DNA of 64,000 bases, taken from NCBI GenBank assembly GCA_013265495.1, contig MU058037.1, positions 1,737,498 through 1,801,497 of the forward strand, written 5' to 3'. How positions within the stretch are numbered: the first letter of the stretch is position 1; the number at the start of each line of letters is the position of its first letter. The position numbers were made by a program, and so were the translations under genes. The notes below the pieces were generated by a model. The model was not told the DNA's origin, did not search any database, and was given only the letters and a program-made list of their open reading frames with translations. Shown here in pieces: positions 51,440-64,000 of the stretch. This DNA comes from Vicugna vicugna (lineage: Eukaryota).

Positions 51440-54400
51440 TTACCTTATGTTTTATTCTAGGTGTTTTACTGTTTCAGGTCTTATGTTTAAGTCTTTAATT
51501 AATTTTAGGTTGAGTTTTGTGTTTGATATAAGTTAAGGGTCCAATTTCATTCTTTTGCATGTGGATACCCAGTTTTTCCTATCATTTATTTATTACCATT
51601 TATTAATTTACCATTAAATTTATCATTGATATAAAAGACTATCCTTACTCCATTTTGTATTCTTGAATCTCTTGTTGAAGATCTTGTTGTCCGTATCTAT
51701 GTGGTTTCATTTCTGGGCTCTCTATTCTATTCCATTGATCTATGTGTCTATTTTTATATCTGTACAATACTATTTTGATTACTATAGCTTTGTTATGTAA
51801 TTTGAAATCAGGAAGTGTGATGCTTCCAGCTTTGTTCTTCTTTCTCCAGATTGCTTTGGCTATTTGGGGTCTTTTGTGTATCCATATGAATTTTAGGATT
51901 GTTTTTACTATTTTTGTGAAAAATGCCATTGGAATTTTGATAGAGATTGCATTGAATCTCGAGGTAGTATGGACATTTTAACCATATTAAGTCTTCTAGT
52001 CTATTAACACAGACTGTCTTTCCACTTCTTTTGTCTTCCTCAATGTCTTTCATCAAAATCTGAGTTTTCAATGCACAGTTCTTTTATTTCATTTATTAAA
52101 TTTATTTCTAGGTATTTCATTGTTTTTGATGCTATTGTAAGTGGGATTGTTTTCTTTATTTCTTTTTTAGATACTTCATTTTTAGCTTAGAAAGACAATG
52201 GATTTTTGTATTTTGAACTGCTGCTTTACTGAATTTGCTTATAGTTAAAACAGTTTTCTGGTGGAGTCTTTAGGGTTTTCTATATATAAGATCATGTCAT
52301 CTGCAAAGAGATAATTTTTTCCTTCTTTCCTGATTTGGATGACTTTTATTTCTTTTTCTTGCTTAATTAGTCTATCTAGTACATCCAGTACTATGTTGAA
52401 TAGAAATGGTGAAAGTGTGTAGCCTTGTCTTATTCCTGATCTTAGAGGAGAAGCTTTAAACCTTTCACTATTGAGTATGATATTAGCTCTGGGTTTGTCA
52501 TATATGGCCTTTATTATGTAGAGGTACATTCTTTCCATACCTAATTTGTTGAGTTTTTATCATGAATGGATTTTGAATTTTGTCAAATGATTTTTCTGTA
52601 CCTATTAATATGATTATATGATCTCTTTCACTTTGTTAATTTGGTATATCACATTTATTAATTTGCATATGTGGAACCATCCTTACATTTCAGAGATAAA
52701 TCCCACTTGATTATGGTACATGGTCCTTTTAATATTCTGTTGTGTTTGGTTTGCCTAGTGTTTTGTTGATAATTTTTGTATCTATATTTATTAGGAATAT
52801 TAGTCTGTAGTTTTCTTTTCTTGTAGTGTTCTTATCTGGTATTAGTATCAGGATAATGTGGCCTTTTAAAATGAGTTTGAAAGTGTTTCTTCCTCTTGAA
52901 TTTTTGGGAAATGTTTGGGAAGGATTGCCATTAGTTAATCTCTAATGTTTGGTAGGATTCACCAGTGAAACCATCTGGTCCTGGGCTTTTCTTTGTGGGA
53001 GGTTGTTGATTAATGATTCAGTATCCTTCCCTGTTATTGGTCTGCTCAGACTGTCATGATTCAGTCTTGGTATATTTAAGTTTCTAGGAATTTATGCATT
53101 CTTTCTGGTTTATCCAATTTGTTGGCATGTAATTGTTCATAGTATCTCTTATGATCCTTTGTATTTCTGTGGTATCAGTTATAATGTCTTCTCTTTCATT
53201 TATACTTTTATTCATTTGGATTTCTCTCTCTTTTTTTGTTAATCTAGCTAAAGTTTGTCAATTTTGTTTGTTTTCAAAAAACAGCTCAAAGTTTTGTTGA
53301 GCTTTTCTATTGTTTTCTGGTTTCTATTTCATTTATTTGTGTACCAATATTTGTTGTTTTTTTACCTCTGCAAATTTTAGACTTAGTTTGTTCTATATTT
53401 TTGCATACCTTGAAGTATAAAGTTAAGCTGTTTATTTGAGATCTTTCTTTTTTCTTAATGTACACATTTATTGATACAAACTTCCCTCTTAGCATGCTTT
53501 TGCTGCATCCATAACTTATGATATATTGTATTTCCATTTTCATTTGTTTCAAGATGTTTTTTGATTTCCCTTTTTCTTTGACCCATTGTTTGTTCAGGAG
53601 TGTGTTGTTTAATTTCCACACATTTGTGAAATTTCCAGTTTTCCTCTGATATTGATTTCTAGTTTTGTATGATTGTGTTTGGAAAAGAAACTGGGTATGA
53701 TTCCAGTCTTCTTAAATTTGATAAGATGTATTTTGTAACCTAACATATGATATGTCTAGGGGAATGCTTCATGTGTACTTGAGAAGAGTTTGTATTCTGC
53801 TGCTGTTGTATGGAATGTTCTGTGTATGTCTGTCAGGTCTATCCAACCTAAAGTATAGTTCAAGTCCAATGTTTCCTTACTGATTATCTGTCTGGATGGA
53901 CTCCTAATATTGTATTCTTGTCTGTTACTCTCATCAGATCTATTACTATTTGCTTATATATTTAGTTATTGTGATGTTGGTTGCATATATATTTTAAATT
54001 GTCATATCATATTGATGATTTGGCCCTTTTTCATTATATAGTGACCTTCTTTGTTTCTTGTTAGTTTTTGACTTAAAGTCTCTTTTATCTAATATAAATA
54101 TAGCCACCCCTGCTCTCTCTTGGTTTCCATTAGCTTATATCTTTTACCATCCCTTTACTTTGAACCTATGTGTGCCTTTGAAGCTGAAGTAAGTTTCTTT
54201 TAGGCAGCATATAGTTGGGTATTGTTTTTATTTTAAATCTATCAGCAACTCTGTGCCTTTTGAATGGAAAATCTAATCCATTTATGTATAAAGTAATTAT
54301 TGCTAGGTAAGGACTTGCTATTGCTATCTTGTTGTTTTCTTGCTGTTTTATATTTCCTTTGTTCCTTTCTTCTTCTCTTGCTGCCTTCCTTCATGAATTG

Positions 54401-56710
54401 ATGGATTCCATAATGGTATACTTTGCTTCCCTTCTTTTTATCTTGTGTGTATATAATATAGGTTTTCATTTTATGAATACCCTGAGGCTTCCTTGAAACA
54501 TTTCATTCATATAACAGTCTATTTGAAGCTATTAACTTTGATCACACAAAAACTTTACCCCTTTATCCTTCCCCCCACATTTTGTGTTTTTGACACCACG
54601 ATTTACATCTTTTTATATTGTGTATCCTGAAACAAATTATTGTAGCTTTAGGTATTTTTAATACTTTTGTCTTTAGCCATTTTTCTAGAGTTAAGTGGTT
54701 AACATACCACCATATTATAGTATTAGAGTATTGTGAATCCAACTATGTACTTACCTTTTATCAGTGTGTTGTGTATTTTTATGTTACTGTGTTACTTATT
54801 AGCATCCTCTAGTTTCAGCTTAAAAAATTCCTTTCAGCATTTCTTGTGAGGTGGGTCTAGTGGTGATGAACTCCCTCAGCTTTTGTTTATTTGAGAAAGT
54901 CCTGATCTTACTTTCATTTCTGAAGGACAACTTTCCTGAGTAAAGTGTTTTTGGTTGGCAGTTTTTAAGAATTTCAGTACTGTGAATATATTCTTACACT
55001 CTCTTGGCCTGCAAGATTTTTGCTGGTAAGTCTACTGATAATATTATGGAAGTTCCCTTGTATATAAGTCACTTTTCTCTTGCTGCCTTTGAAATTCTCT
55101 CTTTGTATTGATTTTTGACAATTTGATTCTAATGTGTCTTGGTAAAAACCTTTCTATGTTCCATCTATTTGAAGTTATTTGAACTTCATGGATCTTGATG
55201 TTCATTTCCCTCCCCATATTTGAGAAATTTTTGTAATTATTTATTTAAATAAACTTTCTCCCCCTTTCTCTCCCCACCACCAGGATTCCCAGATGCACAG
55301 ATTGGTTCATTTAATGGTATCCCATAAGTCTTGTAGGCTTTCTTCACACTGTAAATTTTTTTCTTCTTTTTGTCTTCTTCTCACTGAGTAAATTTAAGTG
55401 ATCTGTCTTTGAGCTCACTGATTTTTTCTTCTGCGTGATTGTGTCTGTTGTTGAAACTCTCTATTGACTTTTCCAGCTCAATGATTGCATTCTTTGGCTC
55501 CAGAATTTCTGTTTGATTCTTTTTTATGGTTTCTATCTTTTTGTTGAACTTCTTACTTTACTTATGTATTGCTTTCCTGATTTCGTTTAGTTGTCTTTCT
55601 GTGTTCTCTTTTAGCTCACTGAGCTTCTTTAAGATAATTATTTTAAATTCTTTGTTAGGCAATTTATAGATCTCTATTTTGGGGGGGAAGGTCAGCCATT
55701 GAAGCTATATTCTGTTCCTTTGTGGTTTCATATTCCTTTGAATTTTTATATTCCTTGAAGCCTTGTGTTGTTATCTTCACATTTGATGAAGCAATCACCT
55801 CCTCCAGACCTTATTGACTGGCTTTAGGAGAGAAATACCTTCACCAATCTGCCCACAAGAGATCATGGGGGTCTCTCAGATCTTTTCTATGTATTCACCC
55901 AGTCCACTTATCTTGTTTCTTCTTGGAAGAGAAGTCTTAGGTTTGTATGCCTTCTCAGCTAGGCCATATGCTGAGAGCCTCCCACATATTTTCCCTAGGG
56001 CAGTGCTCTGAAATTTTCAATGTTGTGTACCTTCTCCCAATCCCGCAGAGTCAAGCTGGCTACAGCTATCTATGTGCTGTCTTCAGGGGAGAGCATACTG
56101 GTTGTGAAAGAGCACAGGGCTCTGGCTTTGGGGGGGGTGTGAAATGCTGGGGGCATGTGTTGACTACTTAGAGGGGTCTTCTGGTAAGCAATTCTATGGG
56201 ATTTGTGAGTTGGACTCTTGGTGGAGGACCACAGGCTGGTAGTAGAAACTGTGACTAATATTTGTTTGCCAGTTTCTGCAAACCCCTGTCCTTTCCTCTG
56301 CTCCTAGTGGTCCCTAGTCTTTTCAGCTTCTGTGATTCCCCACAGTATTCTGTGTTGGATGGGACTTAAGTGGGCTTTTAAGGCATTCTGCAAGTGGGCA
56401 TCTACAAGGCTGAGAAATCTGAGCACTCACTTCACTCTTACTTTTACCTTTAGGAGAAGTCATGGACCAAGGGAGTCTCTCTTAGCATAAGCTATGCTTC
56501 CTCTGAGGAGGCTAATCCAGGTAATGTGAAAGTGTTCTTTTAACCCTCTTCAATGTGTCTATTCTCACATTTTTTGTCTACTATGGTGCTGGAACCTCTC
56601 ATCTAGATTCTTGGGTTCCCATAAAGGTATTTTCACTTGTGGGTGGTTGTTACATTCAGTATTTTTGTGGGGGTTTAAGGGCTGGAAACTCTTATTCTAC
56701 CATCTTGCTG
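51440..56710 (-). mobile_element. Older near-full-length L1 (L1MA-like): 5' UTR, ORF1 and ORF2 remnants
   Basis: ORF2 pieces: WKLNNTLLN..WVKE (53307..53621), IKAIYDKP...[18 protein letters not shown]...LFADDMILY (52245..52538), LKFIW..KRP.IAK (51645..51929); 5' end cagcaagatggtag near 56710. Confidence 0.9.
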
Positions 56711-56725
56711 TCTTTATATATTCTT

Positions 56726-57729
56726 TTTTAAAAATTTTATTTTATTGAGTTATAATCAGTTTACAATGTTGTGTCAATTTCCAGTGTAAAGCACGATTTT
56801 TCAGTTATACATGAACATACCTATATTCATTGTCACATTCTTTTTTCACTGTGAGCTACCACAGATTTTGTATGTATTTTCCTCTGCTATATAGTATAAT
56901 CTTGTTTATCTATTCTATATATACCTGTCAGTATCTACAAATTTTGAACTCCCAGTCTGTCCCTTCCCATCCCCCTCCCCACTGGCAACCACAAGTTTGT
57001 ATTCTCTGTTTATGAGTCTGTTTCTGTTTTGTATTTATGTTCATTTGTCCTTTTCTTTTCTTTCTTTTTCTTTTTTTTTTTAGATTCCACATATGAGTGA
57101 TCTCATATGGTATTTTTCTTTCTCTTTCTGGCTTACTTCACTTAGAATGACATTCTCCAGGGACATCCATGTTGCTGCAAATGGTGTTATGTTGTCATTT
57201 TTATGGCTGAATAGTATTCCATTGTATAAATATACCACCACTTCTTTATCCAGTCATCTGTTGATGGACATTTAGGCTGTTTCCATGTCTTGGCTATTGT
57301 CAATAGTGCTGCTATGAACATTGGGGTGCAGGTGTCATCCTGAAGTAGGGTTCCTTCTGGATATATGCCCAGGAGCAGGATTCCTGGGTCATATGGTAAG
57401 TCTATTCCTAGTCTTTTGAGGAATCTCCATACTGTTTTCCACAGTGGCTGCACCAAACTGCATTCCACCTGCAGTGTAGGAGGGTTCCCTTTTCTCCAGA
57501 GCCTCTCCAGCATTTGTCATTTGTGGACTTTTGAATGATGTCCATTCTGACTGGTGTGAGGTGATACCTCATTGTAGTTTTGATTTGCATTTCTCTGATA
57601 ATTAGTGATATTGAGCATTTTTTCATGTACCTATTGATCATTTGTATGTCTTCCTTGGAGAATTGCTTATTTAGGTCTTCTGCCCAGTTTTGAATTGGGT
57701 TGTTTATTTTTTTCTTATTAAGTCATATG
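56726..57729 (-). mobile_element. Younger 5'-truncated L1 (ORF2 C-terminus plus 3' UTR)
   Basis: ORFs 57408..57641 ([20 protein letters not shown]...[13 protein letters not shown]) and 57187..57513 ([14 protein letters not shown]...YTMEYYSAIK); 11-bp TSD tatatattctt at 56715-56725 and 57730-57740. Confidence 0.92.
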
Positions 57730-58200
57730 TATATATTCTTGATATTAATCCTTTGTCAGTGTTGCAATCCTTTATATTTATTGCAAGTATATTCCTTCAG
57801 TTTGTGTTTTGTGTTTCACTTTCATTACATGATTTTTATTGCTAGAAATATTTCATTTCCATGTAATAAAATTTATTAATTTTTCCTTTATAGTTTATTA
57901 TTTTTTATTAGCTGAAGAAATTTTTCCTTACTCCAAGACTATCATATGCCTCCATATTTTTTCTAAAAGTTAAAATAATTTTCCTTTCTTATTTAAAAAT
58001 TTATTTTTCCTGGAATTGATTTTTATGTTTGATATGTGTTAGAGATCTAAATCCATTTTTTCCCATATGAATAACTTATTATCCCATCACTATTTACTAA
58101 AAACTTCTTTTTCCCAGAAATCTGTGATGACATTTTACCAAATATCAGGTTTCTGTGTATATGAGGATCTATTCTGATATATTGTCCTGTTTATCTGCCT
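57730..58200 (-). mobile_element. Highly decayed L1ME-type ORF2 fragment
   Basis: gatattaatcctttgtcag...ttgcaagtatatt...ttttccttactccaagac...ctggaattgattttt...tatcccatcactatttac. Confidence 0.65.
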
Positions 58201-60229
58201 CTGGAATTTTCTTCTCATTTTCAGTTTCTTTTTCTTCATCTATATGGTTTTTTGAGAGAGGAATTATGCAAATGTGCACACACTTGGCTGTAGTCCCCAG
58301 TAATTCAGTAGTGCAGTTGACCTTCCAAAAAATATATGGTCATTGCTGCTTACTTTGAAAGGTTTAGTCATAGAAATTAATAAGTTAAAACCTTCACCTA
58401 AGTCCAATAAGATCAGTGCTGCTTGTCTTAAGGGTGAACTATAACTTCCTTTCTGAGTAAAGCCCCCATTAAATACAGTATAAGCTGCTTATAAAACTGA
58501 TATCAAGGAACATATCTCAAGATATTTTCACCTTTTCAATGTGTTGGGACATGATTAGTTCTAAGATATACTGGGTCTGTATAATCTGTCATATACATAG
58601 TAAAATAATTTACAATTAAATATGATAGAAAACATTCTAATTTTGTTAACATTTTTTGCCCTAATTTCTTGTAAATCTGTAAGTCTGTAAAAAAACTCAC
58701 ATGGAAAAAGGAATAAAATTTTATTTCTTATCAAAATGATTCTCATCCACTTACAGTAATGAGATTATAATTCAAAATTAAATCTTAGAGTAATATTTGA
58801 TTAAATATAACTATAGTTTGTTGTAGCATTTTGCTGCCAGTTTTAGTATTACATCTCAGGAAGAAAAAAATCCTTTTTAAAATACATTACCTTTATTATT
58901 ATTACTTTGATTCTAGTCTACTTAGATCTAAGCCTTCAAAAATTGAACTTTCATAAATTTCATAAATTTATGAAATTTCCTGAGAGTCAAATTTCTAAAT
59001 TTCTTGAGAGTCAAAAGGGAAAATAAATGTAGGGCTAGCAGTGTTTGTTTTCTACAAACTGAAGCATCATAGATTAATGAAAAGATTAGTAACATTCATG
59101 TGGCAACTTCAATTTAAAGGGAAATATTCTGAGTCTTGAGAAATAAATCCAGCACTATTTTTATTTTTTTATTCCATGAAATATACTAGTAATTAAATTA
59201 GCCATAAGTCATTAAAGTACACATGGACCTCTTTTCTTATTAAAAATGTAAAGAAGCACTAAAATCTTTAAATTGCAACACTACTTTTAATGAAAGTACA
59301 TTTGAAATACCACAGATTTGCCATCCATAGATAAAATGTTTTAAACTAATGATGAAATCTTTCTACGGGAGAAAAATGAATTACTAGAAAGCTCATGAAT
59401 AATTGAAAAAATGTGTTCAACCATTCTTTCACTAAATTGATTAGAAAGAATGTTTTTGGGCAGTGACAAAAATAAATTGATAAACAGTCAAGGAGATTTC
59501 TATAAACAAACACTAAATTTGGGGGATTTTAATTATACTCCATTTATATCTCTTACTGCTATCTTCTATTTCTCAGCATGAAATTATTCTCTGGGCCAAA
59601 TGCAGGGCCAAGGAGAGTCAATCCCCATCACAGCATTGCCAAGTATGACCTAAAAGTTGAAAGCCATTATGTAGTAAATCATGCCAGAGAAATAATCAAG
59701 CAGCTAAGGCAATACGTTTTGGATAGAATTGGCAGTCTTTGCCTTAGCAAAGCACAGCACTTGGGTAGAATCACAATATTTTGGGGGTAGGATTAGGCAA
59801 ATGCTTGCAAAAATCCTGGATAACGTATTTCTGGGTGTGCTGGATAATGTGCAGTACCCTCAGAAATAAAAAAAACGCCTTGCTGAAGAAGTATTCTCTA
59901 GGGGGTGATATTTACCTGGTTTGGCCCTCTAAGGGCTCCTCTGAGATTGAAAAAGGGTGGATCCAATCTAGTAGTGATCTATAATTTTGGAGCTGTTTTG
60001 TAATTCAAGACCTTATGGATATAACAAAAGAGTTGTTGAAAATGATTGAATCCTTCAGAATTACATGAAATTTATGTTCAGGTTTTCATGATGGTACATT
60101 TCAACATAAACATAAACTCTACCAGATATATGGGGCTAAAAGGGGGAGTTTTAGTATAAAATTTTAGGTCTTTGCTCCTGGTGAAAATTATTTGTCAAGA
60201 TTACTAGGGAATTTTGTGTTTTCTGGTCT

Positions 60230-60500
60230 GGCATAGATTCCTGGAACATAGCATACTCTTTCTTGCTTTTGAATCTTAGCTCATGCTGTCATCTCTTTCT
60301 GGAGTGATCTCAACCTCGTCACCGTAACCAACACACAGATTTACTTAAATAATTACTTCTTATTCAAAAAGACTTCCTCTTCTGTGTTGTATTAAGTACT
60401 TGTGAATACCTGTGCATACTTAAAATTGTACCTATCTGTTTAGATATCTTATTCATCTCAGTAATTCCAGTGCCTAGACATAATAGTGTTCAACAGAATG
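60230..60500 (+). mobile_element. L2 3' fragment
   Basis: gctcatgctgtcatctctttctggagtg...tcttattcatctc...ccagtgcctagacata. Confidence 0.5.
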
Positions 60501-61554
60501 CACCCACTTTATTTGTAGAAAATTTCCAACATGGTACTAGATTGCCTGACTATTTAATCATTTCATATTATGTAGAATATTTTGTCAGAAATAATCATAA
60601 TGTTATCACATAAAACCTATTTCTTGTCATTTGAAAGCCACTAAAAAGGTATATGCCTTTTAAAACCAGTGAATATATTGCATAAGGGACCAGGATGAGA
60701 GAGCCTATGTATGAGCACTTTCAATTCTGGAATGCTTTCCTTAAAGGTTAGCCATTTTCTTTTGTTTGATTTTGGAGTGACTGTGTAGCAAGGGGAATAA
60801 ATAATCTAGTAGCCAGGTCTGAGTTCTGTAGCTAGAGGCTATTACTGACTGTATCCACATCTGACTCTTAAGTGGCTGAAACCAGGATTAGAGAAATTCC
60901 AAAGTAATTCAACAAGCCTGTTCTCATTATTGTTAAGGATCAAGCTAACTTTCAAGAACCATGCATTTAAAAGTCTCTCAAAAAAGAATTTTCAAAATAT
61001 CACAAGGACTCATGTCTTTTTGCCACATGGTGATAGACAACATAAAGATAGTTGGTATGTAAGACTTGCAAATGTTCTACTTACTACTCTGCTTTTTAGT
61101 CTCTTAGATTTCTTTTTGTTTCTTTTCTTTTTCAGCAATATTTGATTTTTTTTGCCATGGTGAAAATGCTTAGTGCTTCATCAGGATATCTTTGAGAAAA
61201 AATGAATATATCATCACTGATGCTCAAAAGTTGTAATAATACAAACAAAAGTCACTGAAATTTAAGATGGCATAAAAGAACACTGCTTTTATCTGTATTT
61301 TAGGCAAAAGAGCTCTCAATTCATGTTTTAGAAATTTCTTGTATCAAATTTAGGCTCTTTCTTCATACATTTACATGAAGCTCCTATACTCCCTATGAAA
61401 ATAGTGATGGTAATTGAAATCCAGATAGTCATTTACTGTCAACATTTATGTCACCACTTGCCAAAAATACTTGTGAAGCACCTATTTTCTTCATTTTAAG
61501 AATAGAAGAGGGATTTGGAACCAATTTATAACAGAAAAAATTACTGAAGCCTTT

Positions 61555-62136
61555 TGCATTAGTTATATATTGCTTCATAATAAATGACTCCAAAAATTGA
61601 TAACCTTAAAACAACATTTATTAACCATGGTTTCTGTGGGTCAGGAATCTGGACATGGCTTAGTTTTGTTTTCTGGTTCAGGGCCTCTTACAAGGCTGCA
61701 GTCAAGGTGTTGGCAGTGGCTGCAGTCATCTCAAGGCTCGACTAGGCAGGAGTTACCTGTTTCCAAGCTCACTCTAGTTGTTGGCGAGATTCAGTTTCTC
61801 ACTGGCTATTGGATTGAAGGCTTAGTTCCTCACTGGCTGGTGGCCAGGGGCCTTCCTAGTTCCTTGTCACATGAGCTTCTCAATAGAGCATTTCAAAACA
61901 TGGCAGAAGTCTTCTCTCAAAGCAAGCCAGAGAACGAGAAATGGAGAGCAAGATGGAAGCCAGAATCTTTACGAAATTTGATCTCAAAAGTGACATCCCA
62001 TTACTTTTGCTGTATTCTGTTCATTATAAGTGAGTCACTAGGTTCAGCCCACGCTCAATGGGTAGAGGATTACATAAGGTTGTGGACACCAGGAGGCAGG
62101 GATTATTTGGGCCCATCTTAGAAGTTGCCTACCACA
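61555..62136 (-). mobile_element. MLT1F-like MaLR solo LTR
   Basis: TG...CA termini; ttaaaacaacatttatt...tttctgtgggtcaggaatctgg...aggctgcagtcaaggtgttggc...aagtgacatcccattactt...ccatcttagaagttgcctaccaca. Confidence 0.85.
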
Positions 62137-63089
62137 CTGCTTTTACAGAAAGTCCTCTTCCTCTAGGTTAGCTGGTTTGGAGTAGAATGGCAGCCAGTTC
62201 TAGTTTTTATTTATTAAACATTCAGAGTTTTGTTTTTGAAGCCAAAATTATAGCTAGCCCCTGGCATTTCAGCAGAGGGACCACTTTAGACCAAAATGTA
62301 CTGTTAATTTTTAAAATTAAAATATATTAAAGATTAAGTAAAATATGGCAACAAGTATCTGAGACTATGAGGAATTGAGAAGGGGTATCAACTAAATAAA
62401 CTAAGATAATCTTCCTCATACCTTCCTCAATTAAGTAAAATTATCTTTATAAAATTTTACATGGCAAGAAAGAAAAAGCAGAGTCAGAGGAGGTATGAGA
62501 GTAATGACAGCTGCCCATTGAGAAGGATGGGGGTAAATAAGTCTCTTCTTAAAAAACCTGGAATTGGGATGATAGAGCCTGAGGGAAAGAAATCAAATCA
62601 CAGTATTAGCTTTAACATATTGTTAAAAGACTCTGAAGAAACAATACAAACCAGGGATAGTTAACATATAGCCCTCATTCTAGGAATAAAGTTTGTTAGA
62701 AAAAAACAAAAACACAACCAAAAAACTTTTGCTCTTACAACTTGGTATAAAAGGGATCTCAAACAATCTCATATCCTTATTGAGCTTTCCTCTGGTAGGG
62801 CTATGGAGAGTGGTTCAAAACTATATCATAATTTTTAAGATTGTGCCTTTGGGATTGCAGTTAGGAACCTCTTCTGTAGCATGAGCTGCAGAGGTATGGT
62901 TAATAGGAAAATGTCATGTTATATTATAGCTCCTATGATTTAGTCAGAAATTTTTTCATGTAAAGACTCAAATCAGTGTCCATATAAGGACTCTAAGCAG
63001 TAGTCCAAAAGGATTCCTGTGATGAGGCTGTCCTTACCACTCTAAACCCTTAGCCCCATCTAGCCATCTGGTTTTAGAGTTAAAGAGGT

Positions 63090-63518
63090 TGTAGTAGATA
63101 CTGCCTCATTCAGATCCTTTTTGCATCCATTTGCCAGCCGCTGTGAATTTTGCCTGCTAAAAGCTCAAAGCTGCACCCTTCTCTGGAAGGAATTGACCTT
63201 GACAGAAGGGAACTGCCTTGCCTGGTAGGCCAGCACACCTTCCTGTCGGGCAGGGAACAGTCTGAAGCCAATGATTGACTGAAACTAAGGTATCAAAGCC
63301 TGACTATCTTGTCTTGAGGTGAAATTCATGTCTTGGAACTTCCTAGGGGATGAAGATGAGGCTAATCTGCTGACACCACACCTTTGGTTAGCTCTTCTCC
63401 TACCCTATCTTGATTTCTTCACGCCTTTACAAGATCCTTCTGAGAGCACTCCCTCTATAAATAACTTGCACAAGAATTTCTATCTCAGGCTCTGCTTCTA
63501 GGAACCTGATCTAAGACA
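63090..63518 (+). mobile_element. LTR16-like (ERVL) solo LTR
   Basis: Starts tgtagtagatactg; agccaatgattgactga; ends aataacttgcacaagaatttctatctcaggctctgcttctaggaacctgatctaagaca. Confidence 0.8.
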
Positions 63519-63734
63519 GGAGTCAACAGGAAATAAGTTGGGGACTGGGCAGTTCTTTTTAACAACATTGGAGAGTAAGAACCTACTTTCCTGTTTTGGT
63601 TTAGGGTGCTCTTTATCACTGGAACTATTCCCTTGTGTGAAACGTCTTCCTCCCATCTAAAATTATAGGAATTGAAAAATAGATAAAATGGTTAACCTGT
63701 AATACCCTAGTATTTCTGCCTTCCTATGAACCAA

Positions 63735-63830
63735 CCTCTCTTCCTTCCATCCTCCCTTCCTCCTTTCTTCCTTTCCTTCTTTCTTCCTGTCATCTTTTCT
63801 TTTCTTTCTCCTTTCTTTCCTTCTCTGTCT
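63735..63830. repeat. Polypyrimidine (CT-rich) low-complexity tract
   Basis: Directly visible. Confidence 0.85.
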
Positions 63831-64000
63831 TGCTCCAGAAAAGATTTAAGGTATCCAAATTAAAACATGAATAAAAATGGCATATGGTAACAAGTGTACC
63901 TGGATTGCCCTTCTTACAAAGCTCTCTAAGAAGCCAATATCCCCTTTAGTGGCAAATATTGAATTCCCAATCTATACAGAACAAAGAAATGGCCAAACTC

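Noticed and set aside
61597..62121. 174-aa ORF
   Set aside because: It lies wholly within an MLT1F-like LTR, starts at a non-ATG codon and has no recognisable domain
1..64000. Inferring a host gene and its direction from L1 strand bias or by chaining candidate exons
   Set aside because: Large L1 blocks occur on both strands, and the candidate exons lie on both strands and do not join into a recognisable protein; no gene symbol can be supported

Overview
AT-rich, CpG-poor eutherian mammal genomic DNA, not prokaryotic. Two tRNA-derived SINEs resemble the camelid Vic-1 family, which points to alpaca, llama or camel. I found no intact protein-coding gene, rRNA, tRNA gene or CRISPR array; every recognisable ORF in the track is a decayed transposon fragment (L1 ORF1/ORF2, Tigger1 transposase, ERVL integrase) or chance. 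The window looks intronic or intergenic. It is dominated by interspersed repeats: an ~11 kb plus-strand L1 nest (about 6.1-17.4 kb), a minus-strand L1 nest (about 47.6-58.2 kb), L2, MIR, MaLR/ERVL/ERV1 LTRs and DNA-transposon MITEs. A 724-N scaffold gap (44112-44835) is flanked by a near-identical 4.4 kb direct duplication that is most likely an assembly artefact. The most notable biological item is a 3.2 kb L1-derived element (48239-51439, minus) with 5' UTR, ORF1, spacer and 3' UTR but essentially no ORF2, bounded by a perfect 14-bp target-site duplication (half-L1/HAL1-like architecture). A strong candidate non-coding exon lies at 3154-3355 (minus). I see no convincing evidence of a wholly new biological system. 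Repeat family names are from recalled consensus similarity, not a database search, and boundaries without a stated TSD are approximate.
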